This document shows, piece by piece, positions 1-9,843 of a stretch of DNA of 64,000 nucleotides. This DNA comes from a virus (lineage: Duplodnaviria > Caudoviricetes): the IMG/VR virus record IMGVR_UViG_3300020450_001133. One strand, given 5' to 3'. The first letter of the stretch is position 1, and the number at the start of each line of letters is the position of its first letter. The notes under the pieces are model-generated. The model worked only from the letters and a program-made list of their open reading frames with translations. It was not told the origin of the DNA and made no database searches. Made by a program: the position numbers and the translations under genes.

Positions 1-365
1 ATGACATCTAATAAACTTGCAGGTTGCATTAACCATATAACTCCTGTTACAACACAGGTCATTGTTATAGCACTAAACCTTGTTAATATATCACCTATGT
101 TCCAAATAACTGTTTGATAGAACTTACTGAACCAATTGTGCCAAGGTATAACACCTATTACACCTCCAACTAAAAGTCCAATAGCAGAACCTATCTCACC
201 ATATGTAACAAACCACCATACAATATATGGCAAGTTCCACATCTCTGCTTCTGCTCCCATATCTCCATTATACTTCATGAATCCTTGTTGGAAGAACATC
301 ACACTAAGTGGTATTCTTAACAAGAATGTGGCAAGTGGCGCCTGTAATTTAAAACTATATTTCAT
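1..365 (-). CDS. DoxX-like membrane protein (runs off window start)
   Basis: Not in ORF track. GGAGG then ATG at 365; my translation MKYSFKLQAPLATFLLRIPLSVMFFQQGFMK...YGEIGSAIGLLVGG has several hydrophobic helices and a DoxX-like LLR...F..G..K / E..G..LL.G pattern. Confidence 0.55.
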   Translation of the reverse strand, partial: MKYSFKLQAPLATFLLRIPLSVMFFQQGFMKYNGDMGAEAEMWNLPYIVWWFVTYGEIGSAIGLLVGGVIGVIPWHNWFSKFYQTVIWNIGDILTRFSAITMTCVVTGVIWLMQPASLLDV

Positions 366-377
366 ATTCCTCCCGGT

Positions 378-905
378 TTATTCTATTACTTCATCTCCAA
401 CATATTCGGTCCAATCGGTATAGTTGGATCTGTCTTTTAAATCATGCAACTGATGACACCAAACACCTGTGTTAGTTCCTTCAAAGGATTTGTCATCTAA
501 CTTTAGTGTTGCATTATAATTAAACTTGTCTATATAAGGTAACCTAACTGCAATCATTGGAATAAATTTTGCATTTTCATTCCATTTATAATCTTGAAAG
601 TAATTGTGATTAGCAAAGCCACTGTCAAAGTCTAGTGTTACCCAAACATCTGCTTCTAGTAAAGTAGTAATAATAAAATCCCAGTCAGACCAATCTTCTC
701 TCTTAGTTGGCTTAAATGAATCTGCACAACCTAAGTACACATGGTCAATTTTATTGTTTAAGCATCTTGCAAGAATCTCTTTTGGATTCTGTGCTCCAAT
801 AACAAACAATGTTCTTCTGCCTTTTAAAGGAGTTTGTTCAACTTCTTTACCTATAAAGAACTTAGGATCATCTCCAAAGTTTTCTCTTCCTTCTACTTTA
901 GCCAT
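378..905 (-). CDS. hypothetical protein (175 aa)
   Basis: ORF with GGAG SD; FFIGKEVEQTP...TLFV and WCHQLHDL motifs; same run of genes as the TGT-fold gene. Confidence 0.75.
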   Translation of the reverse strand: MAKVEGRENFGDDPKFFIGKEVEQTPLKGRRTLFVIGAQNPKEILARCLNNKIDHVYLGCADSFKPTKREDWSDWDFIITTLLEADVWVTLDFDSGFANHNYFQDYKWNENAKFIPMIAVRLPYIDKFNYNATLKLDDKSFEGTNTGVWCHQLHDLKDRSNYTDWTEYVGDEVIE

Positions 906-1089
906 ATTTTGCTCCGCTGTTTATATCACTCTTTTTCTTTTTCCTTTTAAATAATCTTTGTACGCCACCGCCTATACCCCAAGTTACAAACTTATAACTT
1001 AGATATACTAATAATACATTTATAAAGATAGCCCATACCCACTCTAATATATAGAACATGTATGCTGTCTCCCAATATAAATCAGACAA
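898..1089 (-). CDS. small single-TM protein
   Basis: 63 aa, hydrophobic segment followed by basic tail; overlaps neighbours. Confidence 0.6.
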   Translation of the reverse strand: MSDLYWETAYMFYILEWVWAIFINVLLVYLSYKFVTWGIGGGVQRLFKRKKKKSDINSGAKYG

Positions 1090-1291
1090 TGTAATCCTCT
1101 CGTTCTTTTTTAGCAGTCCTTTTCTTACCTGAAGGACTTGTATATTCGTCTTTGCTTATACCTTTTGTGCCACCATCTTGTTTAGTAACCCAATTGAAAA
1201 ACAATCCAAGTGTTATTGCTACCACAACAAGTATAGTGAACAACAATGTCACTGGCAAAAACAATATATCTGTAACTTCTACTAAATCCAT
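1082..1291 (-). CDS. small single-TM protein
   Basis: 69 aa, N-terminal TM helix, charged C-terminus. Confidence 0.6.
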   Translation of the reverse strand: MDLVEVTDILFLPVTLLFTILVVVAITLGLFFNWVTKQDGGTKGISKDEYTSPSGKKRTAKKEREDYIV

Positions 1292-2208
1292 TTTAAATAA
1301 GTTCTCCCTTTATCTATGCCATTTGCTTTATTTTCAAAAGCATTCTTGGCGTCATCTCTATAATATTCTTTTTCCCACATATCAGAAACTTTTAAACTAC
1401 CGCTCTTAATACATTCTCTAGCATATCTCATAGAATCTAAAAATGTTTTGTCTCTTGGACTAGGACATTTTATTGTAATGTTATTCCAAAGATACTTGCT
1501 GAAGTCTAGATTGTCTACAGTCTTTTCAGCCGCCAATACAAATATACCATTCTCATTTACATAATTGCTTGTAATGTATTGTGGCTTACTTGAATAATCT
1601 ATAAATGCATCAAAGCCTTGTACTCCTGTTGGCATTTGTAAATGAAATCCTGTGTGAGTCATTCTTACAACATCTTGCTTTTCCCAATGCTCAGGATATG
1701 CTTTACCATATACATAAAAGTTTTTATACCCTGCACGTTTTAAAACATAATGTGTAACTCTTGCTAAGAATCCTGTGCCAATAATTGCTATTGTTTGTTC
1801 TTTATCTTCACTGTGATTGTAAACTGCATTAGCAACATTAATACCACATGCTACAGGCTCTAGTATATATTTAGGATCTGCTTTAGGAACTTTAACAAAT
1901 GTTCCTTGTTTAGCATTGTAGTAATCTGCAAAGCCAGGCTCACCTCTAGTTGCAACTATATCGCCTTCCTTCAATCCCATGTTTGCATTTACTAAACTAC
2001 CAACCTTACTAACAACACCAAGTCCTTCATGTCCTTGAATATCCATTGGCAATGTTGTAAACTTACCTTGATACATAGCAACATCACTGCTACACAAACC
2101 AGTCATAACTGCTTTTACTTCTATCTCATCTTTTTCAGGATCAGGCTTATTCCATATTGTTTCACACAAATCATTCTTGCCTGTTGTGTACAATAACTTA
2201 ACCCTCAT
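1282..2208 (-). CDS. zinc-dependent medium-chain dehydrogenase (MDR/Tdh-like)
   Basis: GLCSSD and GHEG catalytic-Zn motifs, EPVAC, Rossmann IIGTGFLA; no 4-Cys structural Zn loop. Confidence 0.85.
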   Translation of the reverse strand: MRVKLLYTTGKNDLCETIWNKPDPEKDEIEVKAVMTGLCSSDVAMYQGKFTTLPMDIQGHEGLGVVSKVGSLVNANMGLKEGDIVATRGEPGFADYYNAKQGTFVKVPKADPKYILEPVACGINVANAVYNHSEDKEQTIAIIGTGFLARVTHYVLKRAGYKNFYVYGKAYPEHWEKQDVVRMTHTGFHLQMPTGVQGFDAFIDYSSKPQYITSNYVNENGIFVLAAEKTVDNLDFSKYLWNNITIKCPSPRDKTFLDSMRYARECIKSGSLKVSDMWEKEYYRDDAKNAFENKANGIDKGRTYLKWI

Positions 2209-3091
2209 AGTACACCTCTAATTGTTTGTGTATCCAAGAATCAATTTCATTATGATAAGAATAATCTTCTGAAAGTCCTTGCACAATCATTTCACCATAC
2301 GCATAATCAGGACATAATCCAAAGTTCCATTTGTAACTGCTATCTTTTGTTTGAACTGTTATTGCTTGGTCATCTATACCGGACTTCCAACCTGCTTCTA
2401 TGTTTATAATTGTATCATTCAGTTGCCATGTTTCTTGTGCAAAGTCACATACATCATATGTTCCACTAGGGTCTACGTTTCCATAGTCTGAATTTAACAT
2501 GTCTCCTATCTTCCATTGTTGAGTCATTGCATAGGATGTTCTAGTTATATGTTGTAAGAACTCTACGTCAAACATTTTAATAAACTGACAATATAAATGT
2601 GGGAATAAGTCTAATGCTACACCACCACCTGCTAGTTTTTTGTTTGTACTCCAACCACCTGGATTAGGAACTCTATTATTATTAAGCCATTTGATATCTA
2701 ATCTCAGCATTTTGTCTGCATTAGGATCATTTGTATAACCTGTAATTGCACCTTGTTTGTCTCTATACAAATTGTTTTTACACATTATAAACTTTGTTGC
2801 TCTGTACTGTTCTACAGTATTGTTCCACATATCAGCACTAGCAAAGCCAGGCTTCTCTACAAATATAACAGGTGCTATATTCTTCTTGGCAATATATGTT
2901 GCAATTTCATAGTGTGTAAAGTTAGGTGTACAAATAACTGCTACATCATATGTGCTATCTACTTTATCTACATTATCATAAGTCGCAGGTAAGACAGAGT
3001 CTACTGTATCAACAGTAAACCCTTTCTTCATTAGTTGTGGCAAATAAACATTCTGTCCTATGCCACCTGCGCCTATTAATAATGCTTTCAT
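2198..3091 (-). CDS. Gfo/Idh/MocA-family oxidoreductase
   Basis: N-terminal LIGAGGIG, FVEKPG and GGGVALDLFPH motifs. Confidence 0.85.
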   Translation of the reverse strand: MKALLIGAGGIGQNVYLPQLMKKGFTVDTVDSVLPATYDNVDKVDSTYDVAVICTPNFTHYEIATYIAKKNIAPVIFVEKPGFASADMWNNTVEQYRATKFIMCKNNLYRDKQGAITGYTNDPNADKMLRLDIKWLNNNRVPNPGGWSTNKKLAGGGVALDLFPHLYCQFIKMFDVEFLQHITRTSYAMTQQWKIGDMLNSDYGNVDPSGTYDVCDFAQETWQLNDTIINIEAGWKSGIDDQAITVQTKDSSYKWNFGLCPDYAYGEMIVQGLSEDYSYHNEIDSWIHKQLEVYYEG

Positions 3092-3277
3092 CTAACTCGC
3101 AAATGCTGAATTTGTTAATCTATCTAACTCTTCTAAGTCTACGTCACCATGCAGTTTTACTTCAAATGTGCCTTCAGGCAAAGTAGTTACTGTATGTGGT
3201 AAATCATATCCTTGTTCTACAAGTTCATTTACTCTTATTGTAAACTCCCTGTATTCGTCTTTACTTAAGATAGCCAT
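3092..3277 (-). CDS. hypothetical protein (61 aa)
   Basis: ORF tightly packed between neighbours, GGAG SD upstream. Confidence 0.65.
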   Translation of the reverse strand: MAILSKDEYREFTIRVNELVEQGYDLPHTVTTLPEGTFEVKLHGDVDLEELDRLTNSAFAS

Positions 3278-4821
3278 TACAACTCCTCCACTAAATCATC
3301 TAGTGCTTTTTCCATTACTTCATCGAACTCGCCTTCTACTTGCTGTTCAACCTCCTCATCAAAGAACATACTAGCCGCACTATTTTTAAATGCACTATCA
3401 TGATCCTTGTGCTTGTTGTTGCTTAAATCATCTAAGAAGTCTTTTGCTTGGTCTAACAATACATGTGGATTATCAGATACAAATAGTTCTTCTACAAATG
3501 TATTAAACATCAATAAGTTCCTTGGTGTCCAAAGGCTTTCTTGATTAAGTTTCTTGCCTTTCTTTTGCCAATGTCTCCAGTCTAACTTGTAGTTTTCAAA
3601 CTCCATTGTTGCTAAACTGTTTGCTTCTTGTACTGCTCTAATGTGCATGTAAACATTGTGGCTCATTAAGATACCATATGTAAAACTATCCCAACTTGTT
3701 TTACCTTCTTTACCAATCTTGTTTAACATACCAGGAGCATACCAGTTACAGTCTCCAGCAGTAACTCTATTACCTATCTCGCTCTCCCAAGGGAAAGGAG
3801 TACTAGATAAGTCACCTGGACTAAAATGGCTAAATGCTTTGTTATCAAAACTCTTCTCCATAATGTAACTCATTTGTTCACTTGTAATTTTATTTCTAGT
3901 GTAAACTAATCCATTTGCACTACTAATATAAGGACTGGCACAATCAAAACTTACTGTTATATTAGGATTGATATGCTTTCTTAGTTGACGTTGTATGCTT
4001 GTTAGCATCACTGCCCACTCTAATTTACTTGTACCTAAGAAGTGTATCCAATCTCTATCTTGCAATAGTTCATCATCTCGCATTGTGATAAGTCTTTTAA
4101 GAACCATATGCATATCTCGAATGTTATTACCACCCATTCCCCATCCTTCGAAAGGATAGTCTTTAACAGTTTGATACCATTCCTCAGCATCATCCCAATA
4201 TGTTCCTTGCAATACATTTAAAAACTTAGTCTTACCCAAACGATTATCTGCAAACCATTGGTTGTTAAATTTAGTACATGCTAAACATTCATCGAAGTTT
4301 TGTAGTCCTGTCTTCTCTCTGAACCCAGGCTTTGCCGCCCAACTAGGAACATCAAGTGTCATACTCCAATCAGCAGTTTGTTCTAACCATGCAAGTATTT
4401 TTGCTCTAGTTCTATCTGCATCACCTTTGTAGTTTCCACTTGCAGGAGTTTCAAAAAAGTTTTCCCAGTCAAATTTAATTACACCTTTACCTATTTGGAA
4501 TCCACCCGAGTCACCTACAATAGTTGTATGTGGTCCTCTTTCTTGTATAATGTATTCCATTATTGCACTTCTATCTAAATCGAGATAGGCATGGCCCGCC
4601 GAGTAAAGTGCGTTGTCATATGTGTAATAACCTTTTTCTTTGTCTAGGAAATTCATTCCTTCGAAGCCATGTTCGAATCCTTTAGGGACTCTGTTTCTAC
4701 CATCTACTTCTGGTATATAACCTTCTACACTATTACATCTGCCCAGTAGTTCTGTAAAGAATCCACTAATAGCAGGAAGAAATACTGCATAGTCTTTGTG
4801 TTGGCTTCCTAAATCTTTCAT
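3277..4821 (-). CDS. TGT-fold guanine transglycosylase-like protein (DpdA/Tgt superfamily)
   Basis: DSGGFQ, MTLDVP, VLQG, GWGMGG, HFLG and FDCASP motifs in TGT order; no CxCxxC Zn motif seen. Confidence 0.8.
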   Translation of the reverse strand: MKDLGSQHKDYAVFLPAISGFFTELLGRCNSVEGYIPEVDGRNRVPKGFEHGFEGMNFLDKEKGYYTYDNALYSAGHAYLDLDRSAIMEYIIQERGPHTTIVGDSGGFQIGKGVIKFDWENFFETPASGNYKGDADRTRAKILAWLEQTADWSMTLDVPSWAAKPGFREKTGLQNFDECLACTKFNNQWFADNRLGKTKFLNVLQGTYWDDAEEWYQTVKDYPFEGWGMGGNNIRDMHMVLKRLITMRDDELLQDRDWIHFLGTSKLEWAVMLTSIQRQLRKHINPNITVSFDCASPYISSANGLVYTRNKITSEQMSYIMEKSFDNKAFSHFSPGDLSSTPFPWESEIGNRVTAGDCNWYAPGMLNKIGKEGKTSWDSFTYGILMSHNVYMHIRAVQEANSLATMEFENYKLDWRHWQKKGKKLNQESLWTPRNLLMFNTFVEELFVSDNPHVLLDQAKDFLDDLSNNKHKDHDSAFKNSAASMFFDEEVEQQVEGEFDEVMEKALDDLVEEL

Positions 4822-5576
4822 TAACTTCTCGCAGGAAGTAAGTATGTGTAAACTCCCATTCCACTGTCTACTTTAATTTGTAGTAAACCTTGATTGTTGA
4901 AACTCATATCAATTGTAGAGTTGTCTCCAAGCCTTAGTATTCTTAACACAACATCTAAGGGCCAGTTCCAATCTGTATTAATCTCGCCATCAACATTGTT
5001 GTTGACTACAATCTTTGTTCTGTTACTTGCACCATCACCAACATTAAATACCAATGCACCATCTTCAGTTTTAGGACTAAAGTTTGCTTCATAGGCTCCT
5101 AAGATACTGTTAAAGTATGTCAAGTCTTTTAACATTTTTTGTGAAGGTTCAATTGTTACATCAAACTCTGCACCTTTAAACTTAATATCTTTAAGTTGTT
5201 GATTAATTACGTCTGCTAACATAAATCTGTAATGAGCATCTGTACCATCTGCACTAACAAACTCTACTTCAGTTGGAACAGTTTCACCATTCCTATCTTG
5301 AGTTTTTACTTGCACCGTTGCATTCTCATCTTCAAATCCAGGATATTGTATGTATCCTTTTAGCACACCCATTGAACTCAAACCAACTGTAGAATCAATA
5401 AAGTCTACAACAGGATTATTCAATGTGCCTTTTAGAATAACTGTCTTATCTGCATCAACAGTTTCAACTTCTGTTACTTCAGAAGTACCTTTTATTTTGA
5501 CCATTTCAAAGATACTCAAATCATGTGTATGTCTGAGTACATCTTTCAATACGTCTTTGATATAATTATCTGCCAT
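4821..5576 (-). CDS. probable DNA sliding clamp (gp45-like)
   Basis: 251 aa, acidic, beta-rich, C-terminal YTYLLPA; near PolB, with a clamp loader in the window; inference from size and context. Confidence 0.55.
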   Translation of the reverse strand: MADNYIKDVLKDVLRHTHDLSIFEMVKIKGTSEVTEVETVDADKTVILKGTLNNPVVDFIDSTVGLSSMGVLKGYIQYPGFEDENATVQVKTQDRNGETVPTEVEFVSADGTDAHYRFMLADVINQQLKDIKFKGAEFDVTIEPSQKMLKDLTYFNSILGAYEANFSPKTEDGALVFNVGDGASNRTKIVVNNNVDGEINTDWNWPLDVVLRILRLGDNSTIDMSFNNQGLLQIKVDSGMGVYTYLLPARS

Positions 5577-5602
5577 TTTATCTCCAATAATATTTTTGTT
5601 CT

Positions 5603-5631
5603 ATTATACAGTATGTATTTAGAAAAGTCAA
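5603..5631 (-). promoter_or_regulatory. sigma70-type early promoter
   Basis: TTGACT-17-TATAAT upstream of 5576. Confidence 0.75.
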
Positions 5632-5638
5632 GCAATTA

Positions 5639-5803
5639 TTACACAATTTCTTCGACAATTCCTAGCACCTCTGCACCAATTAATAATGCTCCTGCTAACA
5701 TAACTCCACCAAATATTAAACTTGCTCCTGCTAATATACGGATTCCGCTCTTAACAAGACTAACGTAAAAGTGTCCTTTACCTGGGTCTTTACTCGCTAC
5801 CAT
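5639..5803 (-). CDS. small membrane protein (54 aa)
   Basis: Not in track; MVASKDPGKGHFYVSLVKSGIRILAGASLIFGGVMLAGALLIGAEVLGIVEEIV, GGAG SD. Confidence 0.7.
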   Translation of the reverse strand: MVASKDPGKGHFYVSLVKSGIRILAGASLIFGGVMLAGALLIGAEVLGIVEEIV

Positions 5804-6107
5804 TTGCTTCTCCTTTTATTTTGTTTAACATTTTTTTACAGTTAAACATTTCTTTTATAGGATTATCATCATCTAGTTCACCTATGATGTCTAATAATAC
5901 TAATAAATCTTTTACTTTGTCCTCTGATAATTCTGTGTCTCCTACTACTAAAGGTCTCCTCATATCTACAACATCATCTATTGTAATTGTATCAGTATTG
6001 AATGAACCTGTTAGTGTATAAGGTGCATCGTTTGTAATGGTTATTGTGTCTCCAGCACCATCTGTATCTATGAAAAAATCTTGTTGTGCGTACATGTTGT
6101 TTGTCAT
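5790..6107 (-). CDS. hypothetical acidic protein
   Basis: 105 aa ORF downstream of PolB, GGAG SD. Confidence 0.65.
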   Translation of the reverse strand: MTNNMYAQQDFFIDTDGAGDTITITNDAPYTLTGSFNTDTITIDDVVDMRRPLVVGDTELSEDKVKDLLVLLDIIGELDDDNPIKEMFNCKKMLNKIKGEANGSE

Positions 6108-6116
6108 TTTAACTCC

Positions 6117-8816
6117 CTAAAATTCAAAAAATGTATCTAGTGTTTTACTATCATTTGCCGCCTTTAAGTCCCAACCTGTAACACCTAAAACATTTTGGAT
6201 CTTTTTATCTAAGACTGCTTCTTCCATACCTTCTTCATCAAAAGGCAATTCTTTAAACCAATCAGGCAAGTGCATTTCATCTGTAGGATATGCAACACTT
6301 GTATAGTTCATTGGATTGTTCTTAAGTCTACACACCACAACTTTAGCACCATCCATTATTTTAAGACTGTAATTATCACTGTTAGCAAACAGTAAGTTAT
6401 TCCAATTAATACTTGCTCTTACATGTCCTGGAATCATTTTGTTTTCACTTTCATTCTTTAATGCATCTAGTTTGTATAAAGTTGCATTAGAACCAGGACC
6501 TTTTAGTTGTCGATTATACTTCTTGGTGTACATGGTCACATTGTTTGCTCTTTTAGGCATACCTTTCTTCCAAGGTTCCAATGACCTGAACTCCTCTTTG
6601 AATTCTTTAATCATTTCTATAACTTCTTTTTCTGTTTTACCTTCTAGTGTTGCATCTAGACATGTCTCTAAAAAGTCTTGTACAAACTCTGGAGTATCAC
6701 TTCGCTTGATATCCATTCCCATAATCTTTAATTTACCACCCTCAGGTTGATATCCTTCAATGTCTAAACACTTGATAGCATACCTTTTCTTAGTAATAAA
6801 CATACCAGACTTACCAACAACTTCTCTACCTGCTTTAATAACACTACCCATATTCAACGGACAGTTAAAGTCTTCTAACATAAACTGTGGGAATGTATCT
6901 GAAACTTGTTCACTGATACGGTCATACAAAGCGATTGCACCGTCCATATCTAAGGACATATCTTCTGGCATAGCCGGAGTGGCTGTAAAATACACAGAGT
7001 CTGTATCACCATAGATTAAGCAATCGCCTGTATGGTCGTATCTTCCCAGGAGCAACTCATTCACTTTTGCTCCCATGTGGCGGGTGATCCGCCTTCCGGT
7101 CAGAGTGGTGCTCTGACCAATTCTTTTATCGAAGAACCTACAGCCTGGATTCAATATCGCTCCATATAAACTGTTTAGGTTAATCTTTTTAACTAATTGT
7201 CTTTTATCCCAAAATGCTATTTCTTCTGGGTCAGTTGCTTTCTTTTTGTTTGCTTGTAGTTCTTGTCTTTCAGCATACCAACGTTCTAATAGTCCAGGGA
7301 CAACACCCTTAAAGTCTGTTTTAAATATAGTTCCATTGCTACTAATACACCAAGGTTGTCCACTTTTAAATACTAAATTGTAAACATCAGCACCTGTGCA
7401 TTCTACTGTACCACCGTCTTCCATGTCCAACTTCATTACAGTATTAACATCTTTTTCCATTACCATTTCATATTCATTGGTACCAAACTTACCTAGCCAA
7501 GCATCTGCAAATGATTTCTTTTCTAGTTTCATTTTATTTGCTAGTTCTTCATCTGTGAAGTCAGGTCTTAACTGTCCAACAATAGTTTCTGGAGCCATGT
7601 TCAATGCTCTAAACACACTAGGATACAGACTGTTTATGTCCATACTGCCTACCCATTGATGTATTCCTTTTTGTGGGAAAGCCACATAGGCACCTGCCGC
7701 CGTTGTATCTTCTCCACTTTTACTTCTCTTTCTATCTGGAACAACAAAGCCACGTAGATGTGCTTCATTAATAATTGCTTGTTCTGTAGTTGCTACCGCA
7801 CCCATTGTAGTAAAAAGTAATACAGTATTATCATGTGCAATAGTGTTTGCCAAGTCTATGAACTGTAACTTCTTATCCATATTAGCAATCAGCATAACAT
7901 CTTGTATGTTATATTCTAAGAACTTCTGGAAATCATGATTGTATAATCTATCTAAACTACCTTCATAGGCTACTTTCTTTTCACCTAACTCCATTTCACC
8001 GATGTAATCTAGCCTGTAACTATGCCTTTCTTCATAGTTGAACTTACGATATAATTGCATGTAATCCAAATGCACTCTACCAGACAAGTCATAACTTTGT
8101 CTCTCACTACCAAAACTATCATAAGTTCTTTCTCTTGGGAATTGGTCAAACAAACAAAACTTTCTTGTTTCGCTTTTACCTAATACTTTAATAACTCTAT
8201 TCACAGTATAAGGAATATCATAACCTTCACTGTTCCAACCGCTCAACACGTCACAATCATCAATCAAGTCTAAAAATGTTTTAAGCATTTGTGCTTCATC
8301 TCTAAACAAGATAACCTCAGGCATATCTTTTGCTACTTCTTGTGCTTGTTCCCAAGTTAATGTTTTAGGTGGTACTGCCAAACACACCATTGCGTCCATC
8401 CAATCCAAGTAAACACCTATAGCAGTAATAGGCATAAATGCTTCTTCAGGAGATGCAAATCCTTTTACAGGATCAAAGTCAACCTCAATATCAAAAAATG
8501 CACTATGCAGTTTAGGAACTTCTGTACTAATTGGATGATAATGTTTCTCTAATGTTTTGTTCAGTGGCTTGATATCAGTTTCATATAACTGTCCACTGGC
8601 ACGATTTATTGCTACGTTCTTCTTAAAATCTTTAAAGTTTTTACAGACAACTTCCGTTACAGGATCGCCATAAACACTTTTCTTTTTGCCACGTGGATCG
8701 GCATAATAGAAATTGTATTCCGGTTTGTGTGTAACTATATGTCTTTTACCATTAACACGTTCGGAGACGTATATTACGTCCTTCGCCCTGTCATGATATG
8801 CGTCTACATAACTCAA
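6117..8816 (-). CDS. polB: family B DNA polymerase (T4 gp43-like)
   Basis: ExoI DIEVD, ExoIII YNIQD, motif A DINSLYPS, motif B KINLNSLYG, motif C YGDTDS; no intein. Confidence 0.97.
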   Translation of the reverse strand: MSYVDAYHDRAKDVIYVSERVNGKRHIVTHKPEYNFYYADPRGKKKSVYGDPVTEVVCKNFKDFKKNVAINRASGQLYETDIKPLNKTLEKHYHPISTEVPKLHSAFFDIEVDFDPVKGFASPEEAFMPITAIGVYLDWMDAMVCLAVPPKTLTWEQAQEVAKDMPEVILFRDEAQMLKTFLDLIDDCDVLSGWNSEGYDIPYTVNRVIKVLGKSETRKFCLFDQFPRERTYDSFGSERQSYDLSGRVHLDYMQLYRKFNYEERHSYRLDYIGEMELGEKKVAYEGSLDRLYNHDFQKFLEYNIQDVMLIANMDKKLQFIDLANTIAHDNTVLLFTTMGAVATTEQAIINEAHLRGFVVPDRKRSKSGEDTTAAGAYVAFPQKGIHQWVGSMDINSLYPSVFRALNMAPETIVGQLRPDFTDEELANKMKLEKKSFADAWLGKFGTNEYEMVMEKDVNTVMKLDMEDGGTVECTGADVYNLVFKSGQPWCISSNGTIFKTDFKGVVPGLLERWYAERQELQANKKKATDPEEIAFWDKRQLVKKINLNSLYGAILNPGCRFFDKRIGQSTTLTGRRITRHMGAKVNELLLGRYDHTGDCLIYGDTDSVYFTATPAMPEDMSLDMDGAIALYDRISEQVSDTFPQFMLEDFNCPLNMGSVIKAGREVVGKSGMFITKKRYAIKCLDIEGYQPEGGKLKIMGMDIKRSDTPEFVQDFLETCLDATLEGKTEKEVIEMIKEFKEEFRSLEPWKKGMPKRANNVTMYTKKYNRQLKGPGSNATLYKLDALKNESENKMIPGHVRASINWNNLLFANSDNYSLKIMDGAKVVVCRLKNNPMNYTSVAYPTDEMHLPDWFKELPFDEEGMEEAVLDKKIQNVLGVTGWDLKAANDSKTLDTFFEF

Positions 8817-8842
8817 TTGAATTTCCTAAAACAAAGTTTATA

Positions 8843-9109
8843 TTATAGTTGGTCTTTACCAACTGCCGCTAGAATTGTTTCTAGTTCATCGAACTTATCT
8901 GATTCTTCTCCAAAGTTTGCCTTGTGGGCAATCTTGATTGCTTTGTTTAGGATAGCAGGTCTAATGTCCATTTCCTCTGCGATTGCTTTCACAGTCTCTC
9001 TTAGTCCTACTTGTAATGCATCGACCTCATATAATACTTGGTCGCCTTCTTGAATGAGTTTTTTGAGTCTTGCGACTTCTTCTGAATTGAATACTTTATT
9101 GAATGCCAT
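8843..9109 (-). CDS. small dsDNA-binding protein (T4 DsbA-like)
   Basis: 88 aa helical protein with LRETVKAIAEEMDIRPAILNKAIKIAHK; next to PolB. Confidence 0.5.
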   Translation of the reverse strand: MAFNKVFNSEEVARLKKLIQEGDQVLYEVDALQVGLRETVKAIAEEMDIRPAILNKAIKIAHKANFGEESDKFDELETILAAVGKDQL

Positions 9110-9152
9110 GTGTTTTACCTCTGTGTATAATTTTATTTATAAGCATGTTTGC

Positions 9153-9181
9153 ATTATATATTCACATTGTGGTAAAGTCAA
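9153..9181 (-). promoter_or_regulatory. sigma70-type early promoter
   Basis: TTGACT-17-TATAAT. Confidence 0.75.
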
Positions 9182-9188
9182 TAAAAAT

Positions 9189-9196
9189 GATAAATA
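9189..9196 (+). promoter_or_regulatory. T4-like late promoter motif
   Basis: GATAAATA about 28 nt upstream of the 9224 ATG, divergent from the early promoter. Confidence 0.55.
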
Positions 9197-9223
9197 CATA
9201 CATAACAGATAGGAGTACACATT

Positions 9224-9529
9224 ATGTCAGATTTACCAGAAAGCAAAAAGGTAAATATCGAACTAGAAATTGATACTAAAACTGTTGATAGCAGTAAGAA
9301 TCCATACCAAGGTTGGATACATATGGCAAGAGCCGTTGATGCTTGGAGAATATTCCCTAGGTTATTCTTAAGTGTATATGTATTTTTACTATATTATTCC
9401 ACTATGTGGTTTATGGGTTTGGAAAATCCTAGTTTAGAACAGTCAGGATTGATAAGTATTATAGTAGGTGCCGGTGCGGCATGGTTCGGTTTATACGCAG
9501 GAACAGATAAAGATAAGAGTAGTGATTAA
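9224..9529 (+). CDS. two-TM holin-like membrane protein
   Basis: 101 aa, two TM helices (WRIFPRLF..., GLISIIVGAGAAWFGLY), late promoter motif and AGGAG SD. Confidence 0.5.
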   Translation: MSDLPESKKVNIELEIDTKTVDSSKNPYQGWIHMARAVDAWRIFPRLFLSVYVFLLYYSTMWFMGLENPSLEQSGLISIIVGAGAAWFGLYAGTDKDKSSD

Positions 9530-9531
9530 TT

Positions 9532-9843
9532 ATGTTTGTTAAACACTTTGTAAGATTTAATACTAGAGAAGAACTAGATGATTACGATGTCATAGAATTT
9601 TTTGACATCGTACAAAGTGTCGTGCCTGCAAAAGTTGTTCAAGCAGTTAGTGTCGACGGAAATAAAGTTAGTGCTGATGTACTAATTTATGATGACGAAG
9701 ATGCTGACGGTCCAATTTACATTCACGAAATAATACTAGAAGAAATGATTTCTGAGGATGAAGGAAACAAAATTAGTGGTATGCTATATGAAGAGTTTCC
9801 GGATCAAGATCCATTTACATTTGAAGCAAGTATAGAACTTTAA
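9532..9843 (+). CDS. hypothetical acidic protein
   Basis: 103 aa ORF 2 nt after previous stop. Confidence 0.7.
   Translation: MFVKHFVRFNTREELDDYDVIEFFDIVQSVVPAKVVQAVSVDGNKVSADVLIYDDEDADGPIYIHEIILEEMISEDEGNKISGMLYEEFPDQDPFTFEASIEL

Noticed and set aside
4671-4680. GTTCGAATCC, a tRNA T-loop-like sequence
   Set aside because: Inside the TGT-fold CDS; no acceptor, D or anticodon stems around it
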